DNA of 64,000 nucleotides from Thermoanaerobaculia bacterium (GCA_963719225.1 CAVRAY010000001.1:3488001-3552000); one strand, 5' to 3'. Positions 50,188 to 58,706 are shown, counted from the stretch's first letter. Translations and numbers: made by a program. The notes: a model not told the origin generated them from the letters alone.

Positions 50188-51485
50188 TTCGGAGCCCCCA
50201 TCGCCGAGATGGCGGCCTTCAGCCGCGACTCGGAGTCCACGAGGAAGTTCGCGCCCCTCACGACGACCTCGCCCTCCTTCAGGCCGGACCGGATCTCGAC
50301 GACGCCGGCGCCGTGATCCCCGACCGAGACCTCGCGCGGCACCAGCTTTCCCTCGCCCTGGACCACGAACGCGATGTTCCGGGTTCCACTCTCGAGAATC
50401 GCGCCATCCGGAACCTGCAGGACGTGCCGCATCGGCCCGTGGATCGTCACGTCGGCGAACATCTCGGGCTTCAGCTCCCCCTTCGGGTTGTCGAGCTCGA
50501 CGCGCACCTTCACGGTCCGCGTCTTCTCGTCGACGGACGGGTATATGAACGTCACGGTGCCGTTCCAGACGCGCCCGGGCCAGTATGAAAGCGTCACGGT
50601 CGCCTTCTGCCCCACGGAGAGTCGCGGTAGCTCGTACTCGTAGACGTCCGCGAGCACCCAGACGTGCGAGAGGTCGAGAATGTCGAAGAGCGTGTCGGAC
50701 GACGTCACCTTCATGCCGTGAAAGGCCGTGCGGGCCGTCACGTACCCCGAGATCGGCGCGTAGACCGGCAGGGCGCGGATCGGCTCGCCGTTCTTCTCGA
50801 TTCGCTCGATGTCGGCGGGCGTGATCTCCCAGAGGAGCAGGCGCTGGCGCGCGGCGGAGAGCAGATCCCGGCCGCCCTGCGCTGCAGACGCGACGCCCGA
50901 CGTGCCGAGCGCCTTCGACGCTTTGAGCGCGAGGAGGTACTCCTGCTCGGTCGCGTAGAGCTCTGGACTGTAGAGGAGAGCGAGGACCTCGCCCTTGTGG
51001 ACGTACTTGCCGGTGAAGTCGGCGGTCACGTGCTCGACGTAGGCCTCGTACCGCGTGTGGACGTGGTGGACCCGCCTCTCGTCCGCGGCGACGCGGCCCG
51101 ACGTCCGGATCGAGGTCGAAAAGGGCGCCCGTGCGACGACGACGGTCTTCAGCCCGAGGAGATTCTCCTTCCGCGCGTCCAGGGTTACGGTCGCGAGGCC
51201 GTCCGGACCCGGAGGCTCCAGAGCCACCGCCCCGGACGCGGTCGTGGACGAAGGCTGCTCGATCGGCACGAGCTTCATGCCGCAGATCGGACAGTCGCCG
51301 GGGGCGTCCTTGATGACCTGCGGATGCATCGGGCACTGCCACTTGCGGACGGTGCTCTTCGCCTCGACCCTTGCGGCGCCCGGCGCCGCCGATGGTTTCT
51401 CTCCGCAACCGTGGAGGGCGAGGACGGCCGCCGCCGCGAGGGCGAAGACGCAAAGGGAGCGTGGGATCATTCGAAGAAACGTCAT
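50184..51485 (-). CDS. cusB: CusB-like RND membrane-fusion protein with heavy-metal-binding domain
   Basis: WQCPMHP..CPICGMKL; YSPEL; LKPEMF; FLVDSES. Confidence 0.92.
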   Translation of the reverse strand: MTFLRMIPRSLCVFALAAAAVLALHGCGEKPSAAPGAARVEAKSTVRKWQCPMHPQVIKDAPGDCPICGMKLVPIEQPSSTTASGAVALEPPGPDGLATVTLDARKENLLGLKTVVVARAPFSTSIRTSGRVAADERRVHHVHTRYEAYVEHVTADFTGKYVHKGEVLALLYSPELYATEQEYLLALKASKALGTSGVASAAQGGRDLLSAARQRLLLWEITPADIERIEKNGEPIRALPVYAPISGYVTARTAFHGMKVTSSDTLFDILDLSHVWVLADVYEYELPRLSVGQKATVTLSYWPGRVWNGTVTFIYPSVDEKTRTVKVRVELDNPKGELKPEMFADVTIHGPMRHVLQVPDGAILESGTRNIAFVVQGEGKLVPREVSVGDHGAGVVEIRSGLKEGEVVVRGANFLVDSESRLKAAISAMGAPK

Positions 51486-51496
51486 GGCGGTTCTCC

Positions 51497-52852
51497 CTAC
51501 ATTCCGGCGGCGGCTACAGGCGATATGGGGCGATTCGGCGTCGCCGCCGTTCGCTCGAGCGAGAACTCGCGGAGATCGGCGTCGGCGCGGAGGATGTCGG
51601 CCAGCCGCGCGATGGCGGAGCGGCGGTCGGTGAAGCTGGTACTGAGAGCCTCGAGGACGGTCACGAAGGGCACGGAGCCTGCCCGGTAGCTCGCGAGCGC
51701 GGCGTCCACGGCGAGGCGGTCCTGGACGAGGAGGGCTCCGGAATCGAGCCGGGACTCCTCCTCGAGCTGCCGGATCCTGATCAGCCTCTGTTCCGTGAGG
51801 GCCGTGACCCGGCGCTGCAGGGACGCCTCCGTCGCCGAAGCCGACTCGAGCTGGCTCTCGGCCTCGGCGATGAGCGGGCGCTGCTTCCGGCCGGCCCAGA
51901 GCGGGATGGAAACCCCGACGGCGGCGGACCACATCAGGGGGAGCGAGCCGCGGTTCATGTAAGCGGCGGACGCCACGAAGTCGGGCCTGAGGTTGCGGCG
52001 CGCGAGGTCCCCGGCCAGACTGGACCGCTCCTTCGCGAGGGCGGCCTCCTTCAGCTCGGGCGTTACTTCCAGGGCCTTCTTCAGGAGCTCCAGTTCCGGC
52101 GGAGAGGCCGGGAGCTCACCTGGGACGAGTCGGCGCGCCGTCGGGATCCCCGCGTCCGCCGGTCGATAGAGAAGCTGCCGAAGGTCGACCAGCGCTCCCT
52201 GCTCGGCGGCCTCGTCTCGTCGCCGCTGCTGGAGGAGGCGCGTCCGCTCGCTCTGCGCGCGCAGGACGTCCTGCTGAGATCCCAGGCCGGCCGCGTACCG
52301 GACCCGGATGACCTCCTCGATCCCGCGCCAGGCTTCGATCTGCTCGTCCACGAGACGCAGATCCTCGCGCGTCTGGAGGAGCGTCGCGTAGCCGCGCCTC
52401 ACGGCCGCCTCGAGGGCGAGCGCGACGCGCTCCGGCCCGGTCGCGGAGCGGTCGGCGTCCGCCCTCGCGACGCGCTCTTGAAGCCCGAGCTTCCCCGGGA
52501 ACGGGAACGCCTGCTGCGCCACGAGCTCGATGCGCGACATCGGCTGCGTCCCGAGCGAGACCGACGTCCCGTCGTTCACGTACCCGAGGGAGAGCATCGG
52601 ATCCGGCAGCGCTCCGGCTGGCGCGACACGCGCGCGAGCGGCCGCCGCTTCCTGCTTCGCAGCGGCAAGCTCCGGATTCTTCTCGAGAGCCTCGGCGACG
52701 AGCGCATCGACTTCGGACCCGGTGGGGATCGCGGAGCCCGCCGAGAACGCGGCGCCAGAACCCAGGACAGCCGCAAAGGCGATGAGAACAACGCCTCCCC
52801 TTGCTCGGGACCTTCCAAGAAAATCTCTCTTCTCTTCTCTTCTCTTCAACAT
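51497..52852 (-). CDS. TolC-family outer-membrane efflux protein
   Basis: ALEKNPEL, GALPDPM, PFPGKLGL, YAAG..QQDVLRAQ; SD GAGGTG upstream. Confidence 0.92.
   Translation of the reverse strand: MLKRREEKRDFLGRSRARGGVVLIAFAAVLGSGAAFSAGSAIPTGSEVDALVAEALEKNPELAAAKQEAAAARARVAPAGALPDPMLSLGYVNDGTSVSLGTQPMSRIELVAQQAFPFPGKLGLQERVARADADRSATGPERVALALEAAVRRGYATLLQTREDLRLVDEQIEAWRGIEEVIRVRYAAGLGSQQDVLRAQSERTRLLQQRRRDEAAEQGALVDLRQLLYRPADAGIPTARRLVPGELPASPPELELLKKALEVTPELKEAALAKERSSLAGDLARRNLRPDFVASAAYMNRGSLPLMWSAAVGVSIPLWAGRKQRPLIAEAESQLESASATEASLQRRVTALTEQRLIRIRQLEEESRLDSGALLVQDRLAVDAALASYRAGSVPFVTVLEALSTSFTDRRSAIARLADILRADADLREFSLERTAATPNRPISPVAAAGM
52811..52847 (-). repeat. (AAGAG)4 pentamer tract, purine-run element copy C, inside tolC 5' end
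   Basis: CTCTT x4 at 52827-52846 on the + strand; followed on the coding strand by AGATTTTCTTGGAAGG. Confidence 0.75.
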
Positions 52853-52853
52853 C

Positions 52854-52923
52854 GATCACCTCGTCGAAAAGCCTCACGGAGCCGCCCTTTCGGGCGGCGC
52901 GAGAAATGTTCGACGAGAGATCA
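52854..52923 (-). promoter_or_regulatory. Predicted long hairpin pairing the leader-ORF stop region with the tolC Shine-Dalgarno
   Basis: GAUC-U-CUCGUCGAA pairs with UUCGACGAG-GU-GAUC; inner stem GCCGCCC-GAAA-GGGCGGC. Confidence 0.7.
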
Positions 52924-53310
52924 GACGAGGAGAGCGGCGAACAGGAGGAAGAGAGGGGCCGACCGGGCACGCGGCGCGACGCGGCGCGACGGCCCCGCGA
53001 AAGAAGCCGTCAGGGACGGATCCGGCAGCTCGCGCGTGGTCACGGCGGGCGCCGCGAGCACGGGGGACGCGGTCGATCGAAGCGAGGGCGCCGCTTCCTC
53101 CGGCGTCGAAAGCCGACAGCATCCCGCGGAGGAGTCGCCCGGAGCGTCCCCTCCCGTGCAGCAGCACGCCGATTCACCAGACATCGGGCAGACCGCCGCC
53201 TCCGCCGAAGGCCGAGGGAGCGCGAGAGCCGAGACCGACACGAACAGCGCCGCGAGAGCCGCGACTGCGCCTCGAAGGCGAAATCGGCGTCCGGAAGAGG
53301 TCCGCATCAC
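52921..53310 (-). CDS. Cys-rich exported leader protein upstream of efflux operon (DUF2946-like architecture)
   Basis: Signal/TM segment, CPM..CCC..CC, Pro/Ser linker, RARSAP-LFLLFAALLV tail. Confidence 0.7.
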   Translation of the reverse strand: MMRTSSGRRFRLRGAVAALAALFVSVSALALPRPSAEAAVCPMSGESACCCTGGDAPGDSSAGCCRLSTPEEAAPSLRSTASPVLAAPAVTTRELPDPSLTASFAGPSRRVAPRARSAPLFLLFAALLV

Positions 53311-53398
53311 ACAGGAGATTAACGCAAAGCCGGGCGGGATATTCCTGAGCCAGATGCTTCAGCGGGGTCAGAAGGCGACGCTGGGTGAAAATGAGGCT

Positions 53399-53977
53399 AT
53401 GGGATCGGTCACACCGCCGCCCGGACACGCGGCGCGCCCCGCGCCTCCGTCTCGTTTCGACGCCGGGCGTCCGGCCCCCCCGCTGGGTCCGTCGAGCCGC
53501 GCGATCCTGTTCGGCCTCTTTGCCATCGTGGCCGGGGCGTGGCTCGTGATGAAGGCGCCCACGAAGCTCGCGGCGAGCTCGCTGCCGCGACTCGGCGCGG
53601 ATGGAGCACCGGCCGGAGACGCGCCCGCCGGAAAGTGCGTCGGCACGAAAGGCTGCCTCATCGTCTACGTCGCGCCGTGGTGCGGCCCGTGCAAGGCGTC
53701 GCTTCCGGGCGATCGTGCTCTTGCCGACTTCGTGAAAAGCCGCGGCATCGAGACGACGTTCGTCGTGGGCATGGACACGATGCCGAGGTGCGCGGAGATG
53801 GCCCGCGCGATCGGCCGCGAGGTCCTCGTCGACGAGTCCGGTGCATGGGCCCGGAAGATGAGCATTCGTGGAGTGCCTACCTTCCTCGTGACGGGGCCCG
53901 ACGGCAGCGTGAGGAAGCGGCAGGCGGGCGCGCTGGTCGCGAGCCCGGACGTGGTCGCGCGGCACCTCGGACTTTGA
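53399..53977 (+). CDS. Membrane-anchored thioredoxin/TlpA-like protein
   Basis: TM helix, APWCGPC, cis-Pro motif GVPTF. Confidence 0.82.
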   Translation: MGSVTPPPGHAARPAPPSRFDAGRPAPPLGPSSRAILFGLFAIVAGAWLVMKAPTKLAASSLPRLGADGAPAGDAPAGKCVGTKGCLIVYVAPWCGPCKASLPGDRALADFVKSRGIETTFVVGMDTMPRCAEMARAIGREVLVDESGAWARKMSIRGVPTFLVTGPDGSVRKRQAGALVASPDVVARHLGL

Positions 53978-53984
53978 GCGGGCT

Positions 53985-55511
53985 TTGAATGCTCTCTTGA
54001 AGATACGGGCGGCCAGGAGCGCTCTCCTCGCAGCCGGCCTCGCTCTTCTTGCCGCGTCTCTGAGCGCCTTTCTCGGACAGCGCGTCTTCGAGGGAGCGCC
54101 TCACGTTGCCGACGGGATCTCGTATGCCTTTCAGGGAAAGATCTTCGCGGCGGGCCGCCTCTGGCTCGATCCGCCGCCCGTCCCGGAAGCGTTCAAGGCG
54201 CAGAACATCCTTCTCGACGCGACGAGGTGGTGCGGCATCTACCCGCCCGGTTTTCCGTTGCTCCTCGCCGCCGGCTTCCTCTTCGGCGTTCCGTCCCTCG
54301 TCAATCCGGCTCTCCTCGGCCTCGCCGTCGTGGCCGTCTTTCGACTCGGAAAGATCCTCTTCGACGAAGGGACCGGGCTCTTCGGCGCCCTCCTGCTTTC
54401 GGTCTCGCCGTTCGCATTGCTGATGGGCGCCGACTACATGGGTCACGTGGCCGGGCTGTGCGTCTTCACCTGGTGCCTCGTTTTTCTCGCCGAGAGCGCG
54501 CAGGGCAGGCGCGGTCTCCCTCTCTTTTTCTCGGGCCTCTTCGGGGCCTTCGGGGTCGTCGTGCGCCCGCAGGCGGCCGTCTTCTTTCTCCTGCCCGCGC
54601 TCGTCGGAACGCTGATCGCCCGCCGCAAGGAGCTCCCGAGATCGGCCGGGCTCCTCGCGCTCGGCGCCGCCGGGCCGCTCGCGTTCCTCTTCGCCTACAA
54701 CTTCGCCCTCTCGGGACATCCCTTCCGGATGGCGTACCTCGTCTGGGACCCGAACCTCTCCTTCACGTATGGCTTCTCGGCGTCGCGGCTCTTCTCGACG
54801 CACTTTCCGTGGTTTCTTCACGACCTGAACGCGACCGTCTGGGGCTTCCCCTGGGGAGACCTTCTCCCGCTCGTTTTCCTTCTCGCTCCTTCGCCTTTCC
54901 GCCGGCGCGACGCATGGCTCGGCGCGTGCTTTCTCGCGCTCGTCCTCGGGTTCAGCTTCTACCGCTTTTACGAGATCAACCATTCGGGCCCGCGGTACGC
55001 GTTCGAGGGTCTCGGCGTCCTCGCGCTTCTCGTCGCGCGGGCGTTCCGCGCCGCCGGCCGCCTCGCGGCGTCGCTTTTCGAACGCCTCCGCCTCGGCCGG
55101 TTCCAGACGGCCGCGGCGGCCGGCGCCGTGGTCTTCCTCGCTCTTTTTCCGCTCGTCACTCTCCTCCCCGCGCAGGCCGAAGCGCTCTCCCACGCCTACC
55201 ACGCGCACACGCCGGAGCCGCTCCGAAGGCTCGAGGCGGCCGGCGTCGGCCCCTCGGCCCTCGTCCTCGTGGCCGGGAACACCGTGGAATGGACGTACGG
55301 CTCCTTCCTTCTCGAGAACGGAGTCGACCCGCGGCGCACGCCGCGCGTCTTCGTCCGCGACCTGCCCGAGAAGAGGGCCGAGCTCCTCGCCGCGTACCCG
55401 CGAAAGGAAGTCTGGCGCGTGGACGTCACCCTCGTGCCGCTCCCGCACCCGAACCTGTGGATCGACAACACCTGGGACGTGGAAAAGATCGTGTGGACCC
55501 GGCTCCGCTGA
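53985..55511 (+). CDS. GT-C (family 39-like) membrane glycosyltransferase
   Basis: ADGISY, YPPGFPLLLA, VRPQ, GPRYAFE; many TM segments. Confidence 0.8.
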   Translation: MNALLKIRAARSALLAAGLALLAASLSAFLGQRVFEGAPHVADGISYAFQGKIFAAGRLWLDPPPVPEAFKAQNILLDATRWCGIYPPGFPLLLAAGFLFGVPSLVNPALLGLAVVAVFRLGKILFDEGTGLFGALLLSVSPFALLMGADYMGHVAGLCVFTWCLVFLAESAQGRRGLPLFFSGLFGAFGVVVRPQAAVFFLLPALVGTLIARRKELPRSAGLLALGAAGPLAFLFAYNFALSGHPFRMAYLVWDPNLSFTYGFSASRLFSTHFPWFLHDLNATVWGFPWGDLLPLVFLLAPSPFRRRDAWLGACFLALVLGFSFYRFYEINHSGPRYAFEGLGVLALLVARAFRAAGRLAASLFERLRLGRFQTAAAAGAVVFLALFPLVTLLPAQAEALSHAYHAHTPEPLRRLEAAGVGPSALVLVAGNTVEWTYGSFLLENGVDPRRTPRVFVRDLPEKRAELLAAYPRKEVWRVDVTLVPLPHPNLWIDNTWDVEKIVWTRLR

Positions 55512-55586
55512 GGAGCCCGCGCGGACGGATTTGTCGGTGGACCCCGGAGAAGAGCAGACTTCGGACGGAGACGAAGGAAGCCGAGC

Positions 55587-56057
55587 GTGCCCGGAAGATC
55601 CGTCATCCGCTTCGATCACGTCCTCCTCGAGGAGATCGCGAGGGCGGCCTCGGCGGCCTATCCGTTCGAGGGGTGCGGCGCGCTGCTCGGCGCGAGCGGC
55701 CACGCGCGCGTCATGCTTCCCCTTCCGAACGCCGAGCTGGACAGGCCGCGCGTCAGGTTCGAGATCTCGCCGAAGGACTACCTGCACGTCGAGCGTGAGG
55801 CCGAGGCGCGGGGCCTGCTCCTCCTCGGCTTCTGGCACAGCCACCCGAACCACCCCGCGCTTCCTTCTGACACGGACCTCTCCTGCGCCTGGGTCGGGCT
55901 CCTCACCGTCATCGTCTCGGTGCAGAAGGCAGAGGCCCGTGACATCGGGGCGTGGGAAATCCGTGCTCCCGAGCTTCCCTTCGAACCCGTCCAGATCGAG
56001 TGTCCCGATTTCGCGGGTCAGCCCGTAACGACGCTTTCGAAAAAAGGAGAGGCGTGA
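55587..56057 (+). CDS. JAMM/MPN+ (Mec/M67) metallopeptidase
   Basis: YPFEGCGALLG..WHSHPNHPALPSDTD. Confidence 0.92.
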   Translation: MPGRSVIRFDHVLLEEIARAASAAYPFEGCGALLGASGHARVMLPLPNAELDRPRVRFEISPKDYLHVEREAEARGLLLLGFWHSHPNHPALPSDTDLSCAWVGLLTVIVSVQKAEARDIGAWEIRAPELPFEPVQIECPDFAGQPVTTLSKKGEA

Positions 56058-56338
56058 TGTCCGTGCCCGTCCGAATCCCCACACCCCTCCGGCGCTTCAC
56101 GGGCGACCATGCCGAGCTGTCCGTCGAGGCGGCCGATCTCTCGTCCATCCTGAACAGGCTCTTCGAGGAGTATCCCGGCCTCGAATCCCAGCTCCTGAAT
56201 GAGGACGGAACGCTGCGGAGCTTCGTGAACCTCTACGTCAACGACGAGGACGTCCGCTTTCTCGACGGCCTGAAGACGCGCGTCGCGGACGGGGACTCGG
56301 TCTCCATCGTCCCCGCCATCGCGGGTGGAGCGCGATGA
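56057..56338 (+). CDS. MoaD/ThiS/CysO-like sulfur carrier with masked C-terminus (GG-AR)
   Basis: VRIPTPLR..FVNLYVNDEDVRFLDGL..IVPAIAGGAR. Confidence 0.92.
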   Translation: MSVPVRIPTPLRRFTGDHAELSVEAADLSSILNRLFEEYPGLESQLLNEDGTLRSFVNLYVNDEDVRFLDGLKTRVADGDSVSIVPAIAGGAR

Positions 56339-57537
56339 CGTCCCGGCCGCCCGGCCCGGGGACGCGAGCCGCCCGCGGCGGCGAGAGGCGGAAGAAAGCG
56401 CTCGACGCCGTCACGCAGCCCATCGTCTGCACCTCCACCTATGCCTTCGACGGCACCGCAGAGATCCGCGACCACTTCGAGGGCCGGATCCAGCGCGAGG
56501 AATACGGCCGGTACGGAAACCCGACCGTGCGGACGGCGGAGCGGAAAATCGCCGAGCTGGACGGGGCGGAGGACTGCGTCCTCTTCTCGAGCGGGATGGC
56601 GGCGGCCACGACGGCGCTCCTCGCGCTCCTGAAAAACGGCCAGCACGTCGTCATGACATCCGATTGCTACCGGCGGACCCGGCAGTTCGTGTCGAAGACG
56701 CTGCCCCGCTGGGGGATCGATCACACGTTCGTCGAGCCGGGGAATTACGACGCGCTCGAGAGCGCGATCCGGCCCGGAAAGACGCGCCTCGTCCTGGCGG
56801 AATCGCCCACGAACCCGTACCTCAGGGTCGTGGACCTTCCGCGCCTCGTCGCGATCCGCGACCGGCATCCCGGCGTGAAGATCCTCATCGATTCCACGTT
56901 CGCGACTCCCGTCAACGAGCGGCCAATCGGGTTCGGCGTGGACCTCGTCCTCCATTCGGCCACGAAATACCTCGGCGGCCACAACGACCTCCTCGCCGGC
57001 TCTCTCTCGGGAAACGCGTCGCTCATCTCCGGCCTGCGCGACCTTCGCGGCGTTCTCGGGGCCGTCCTCGACCCGCACCCGGCATACCTGCTCCTCCGCG
57101 GCGCCAAGACGCTCGAGCTCCGCGTGAAGCGCCAGAACGAGACCGCCCTCCGCGTCGCGGCCTGGCTCGAGGCGCATCCGCGCGTGGAGCGCGTCTTCTA
57201 TCCCGGCCTCCCGAGCCACCCGGACCACGAGGTCGCGGCGCGTCAGATGTCGGGCTTCGGCGGCGTCGTGAGCTTCCTCGTGAAAGGCGGGCTCGACGAC
57301 GCGTCCCGCTTCATCGACGCCACGACGCTCCCGATCATCGCGCCGTCCCTCGGCGGCGTGGAGAGCCTCATCGAGCAGCCGGCCCTCATGTCCTTCTACG
57401 AGCTCACGACCGCGGAGCGCCTCGCGATCGGGATCTTCGACAACCTCGTGCGGCTGGCCGTGGGCATCGAGGACGCCGAGGATCTCGTCGCGGACCTCGG
57501 CAACGCGCTCGACGTCTCCGCGAAGGAGCTCCCATGA
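56335..57537 (+). CDS. Cys/Met-metabolism PLP enzyme (cystathionine gamma-synthase / sulfhydrylase family)
   Basis: YGRYGNPT, FSSGMAA, ESPTNP, DSTFATP, HSATKYLGGHND, SLGGVESL. Confidence 0.92.
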   Translation: MTSRPPGPGTRAARGGERRKKALDAVTQPIVCTSTYAFDGTAEIRDHFEGRIQREEYGRYGNPTVRTAERKIAELDGAEDCVLFSSGMAAATTALLALLKNGQHVVMTSDCYRRTRQFVSKTLPRWGIDHTFVEPGNYDALESAIRPGKTRLVLAESPTNPYLRVVDLPRLVAIRDRHPGVKILIDSTFATPVNERPIGFGVDLVLHSATKYLGGHNDLLAGSLSGNASLISGLRDLRGVLGAVLDPHPAYLLLRGAKTLELRVKRQNETALRVAAWLEAHPRVERVFYPGLPSHPDHEVAARQMSGFGGVVSFLVKGGLDDASRFIDATTLPIIAPSLGGVESLIEQPALMSFYELTTAERLAIGIFDNLVRLAVGIEDAEDLVADLGNALDVSAKELP

Positions 57538-58706
57538 CGGCCCCCTCGGCGCCGGCCGGTGACCTCAGCCGCGAGGAGCTCCAGCGCTACTCGCGTCATC
57601 TCATCATGCCGGAGGTCGGCCTCGACGGGCAGAAGAAGCTGAAGGCCGCGCGCGTCCTGTGCGTGGGAGCGGGCGGTCTCGGCTCGCCGCTCGCGCTCTA
57701 CCTCGCCGCGGCGGGCGTCGGCACGCTCGGCCTCGTGGACTTCGACGTCGTGGACTCTTCGAACCTGCAGCGCCAGATCCTGCACGGCACGAAGGACGTC
57801 GGGCGAAAAAAGCTCGAGTCCGCGGCCGAGCGGCTCGAGGACGTCAACCCGAACGTGACCGTCGTCGGGCACGAGGTCCGTCTCTCGTCGGAGAACGCGC
57901 TCGACCTCCTTCGCGATTACGACGTGATCGCCGACGGCACGGACAACTTCCCGACCCGCTATCTCGTGAACGACGCCTGCGTGCTTCTCGGGAAGCCGAA
58001 CGCGTACGCGTCGATCTTCCGATTCGAAGGGCAGGCGTCGGTCTTCTGGGCGGCGAAGGGCCCGTGCTACCGCTGCCTCTATCAGGACCCGCCCCCGCCG
58101 GGGCTCGTCCCGTCCTGTGCGGAGGGCGGCGTGCTCGGCATCCTGCCGGGCCTCCTCGGAGTGATCCAGGCGACGGAGACGATCAAGCTCATCCTCGGCG
58201 TCGGCGAATCGCTCGTCGGCCGGCTCCTCCTCGTGGACGCGCTCGGCATGAATTTCCGCCAGCTCAAAGTGCGCAAGAACCCCGATTGCGTCGTCTGCGG
58301 CGCGAACCCCACGGTGACGCGGCTCATCGACTACGAGGAGTTCTGTGGTATCCCTCAGGCGAAGGAAGAGGAGAAGCGAGAGATGGGCGTGCCGGCGATC
58401 ACGGTGCAGGAGCTGAAGAAGAGAATGGACGACGGCGAGCCGTTCGTACTCGTGGACGTGCGCGAGCCGAACGAGTTCGCGATCTCCCAGCTCCCCGGCT
58501 CGGTCAAGATCCCGCTCGGAACTCTTCCCGCGAGCGTGAACACGCTCTCCACGGCCGACGACATCGTGGTCCACTGCCGCACCGGCATCCGCAGCGCGAG
58601 GGCGGTGCAGTTCCTGATGTCGGCCGGCTTCAAGAAAGTCTGGAACCTGACGGGTGGAATCGACCGCTGGGCCGTGGAGATCGATCCCACCGTGCCGCGG
58701 TACTGA
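57534..58706 (+). CDS. moeB: MoeB/MoeZ-type adenylyltransferase with C-terminal rhodanese
   Basis: RYSRH, GAGGLGSP, SNLQRQ, CYRC, CAEGGV, CVVC; rhodanese DVRE..HCRTGIRS. Confidence 0.95.
   Translation: MTAPSAPAGDLSREELQRYSRHLIMPEVGLDGQKKLKAARVLCVGAGGLGSPLALYLAAAGVGTLGLVDFDVVDSSNLQRQILHGTKDVGRKKLESAAERLEDVNPNVTVVGHEVRLSSENALDLLRDYDVIADGTDNFPTRYLVNDACVLLGKPNAYASIFRFEGQASVFWAAKGPCYRCLYQDPPPPGLVPSCAEGGVLGILPGLLGVIQATETIKLILGVGESLVGRLLLVDALGMNFRQLKVRKNPDCVVCGANPTVTRLIDYEEFCGIPQAKEEEKREMGVPAITVQELKKRMDDGEPFVLVDVREPNEFAISQLPGSVKIPLGTLPASVNTLSTADDIVVHCRTGIRSARAVQFLMSAGFKKVWNLTGGIDRWAVEIDPTVPRY

Noticed and set aside
46930-51453. Apparent giant or N-extended proteins in the ORF track (1507-aa CusA, 842-aa CoxA, 836-aa kinase, 793-aa MoeB, 868-aa thioredoxin)
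   Set aside because: Extensions are stop-free alternative frames of upstream genes; true starts lie at overlapping stop/start junctions or after -10 signatures.
55587-58706. E1 + JAMM + ubiquitin-like protein as a Bil/CBASS-type anti-phage conjugation system
   Set aside because: No E2, cyclase or effector. The E1 carries rhodanese and the operon includes a Cys/Met PLP enzyme, which fits sulfur relay.
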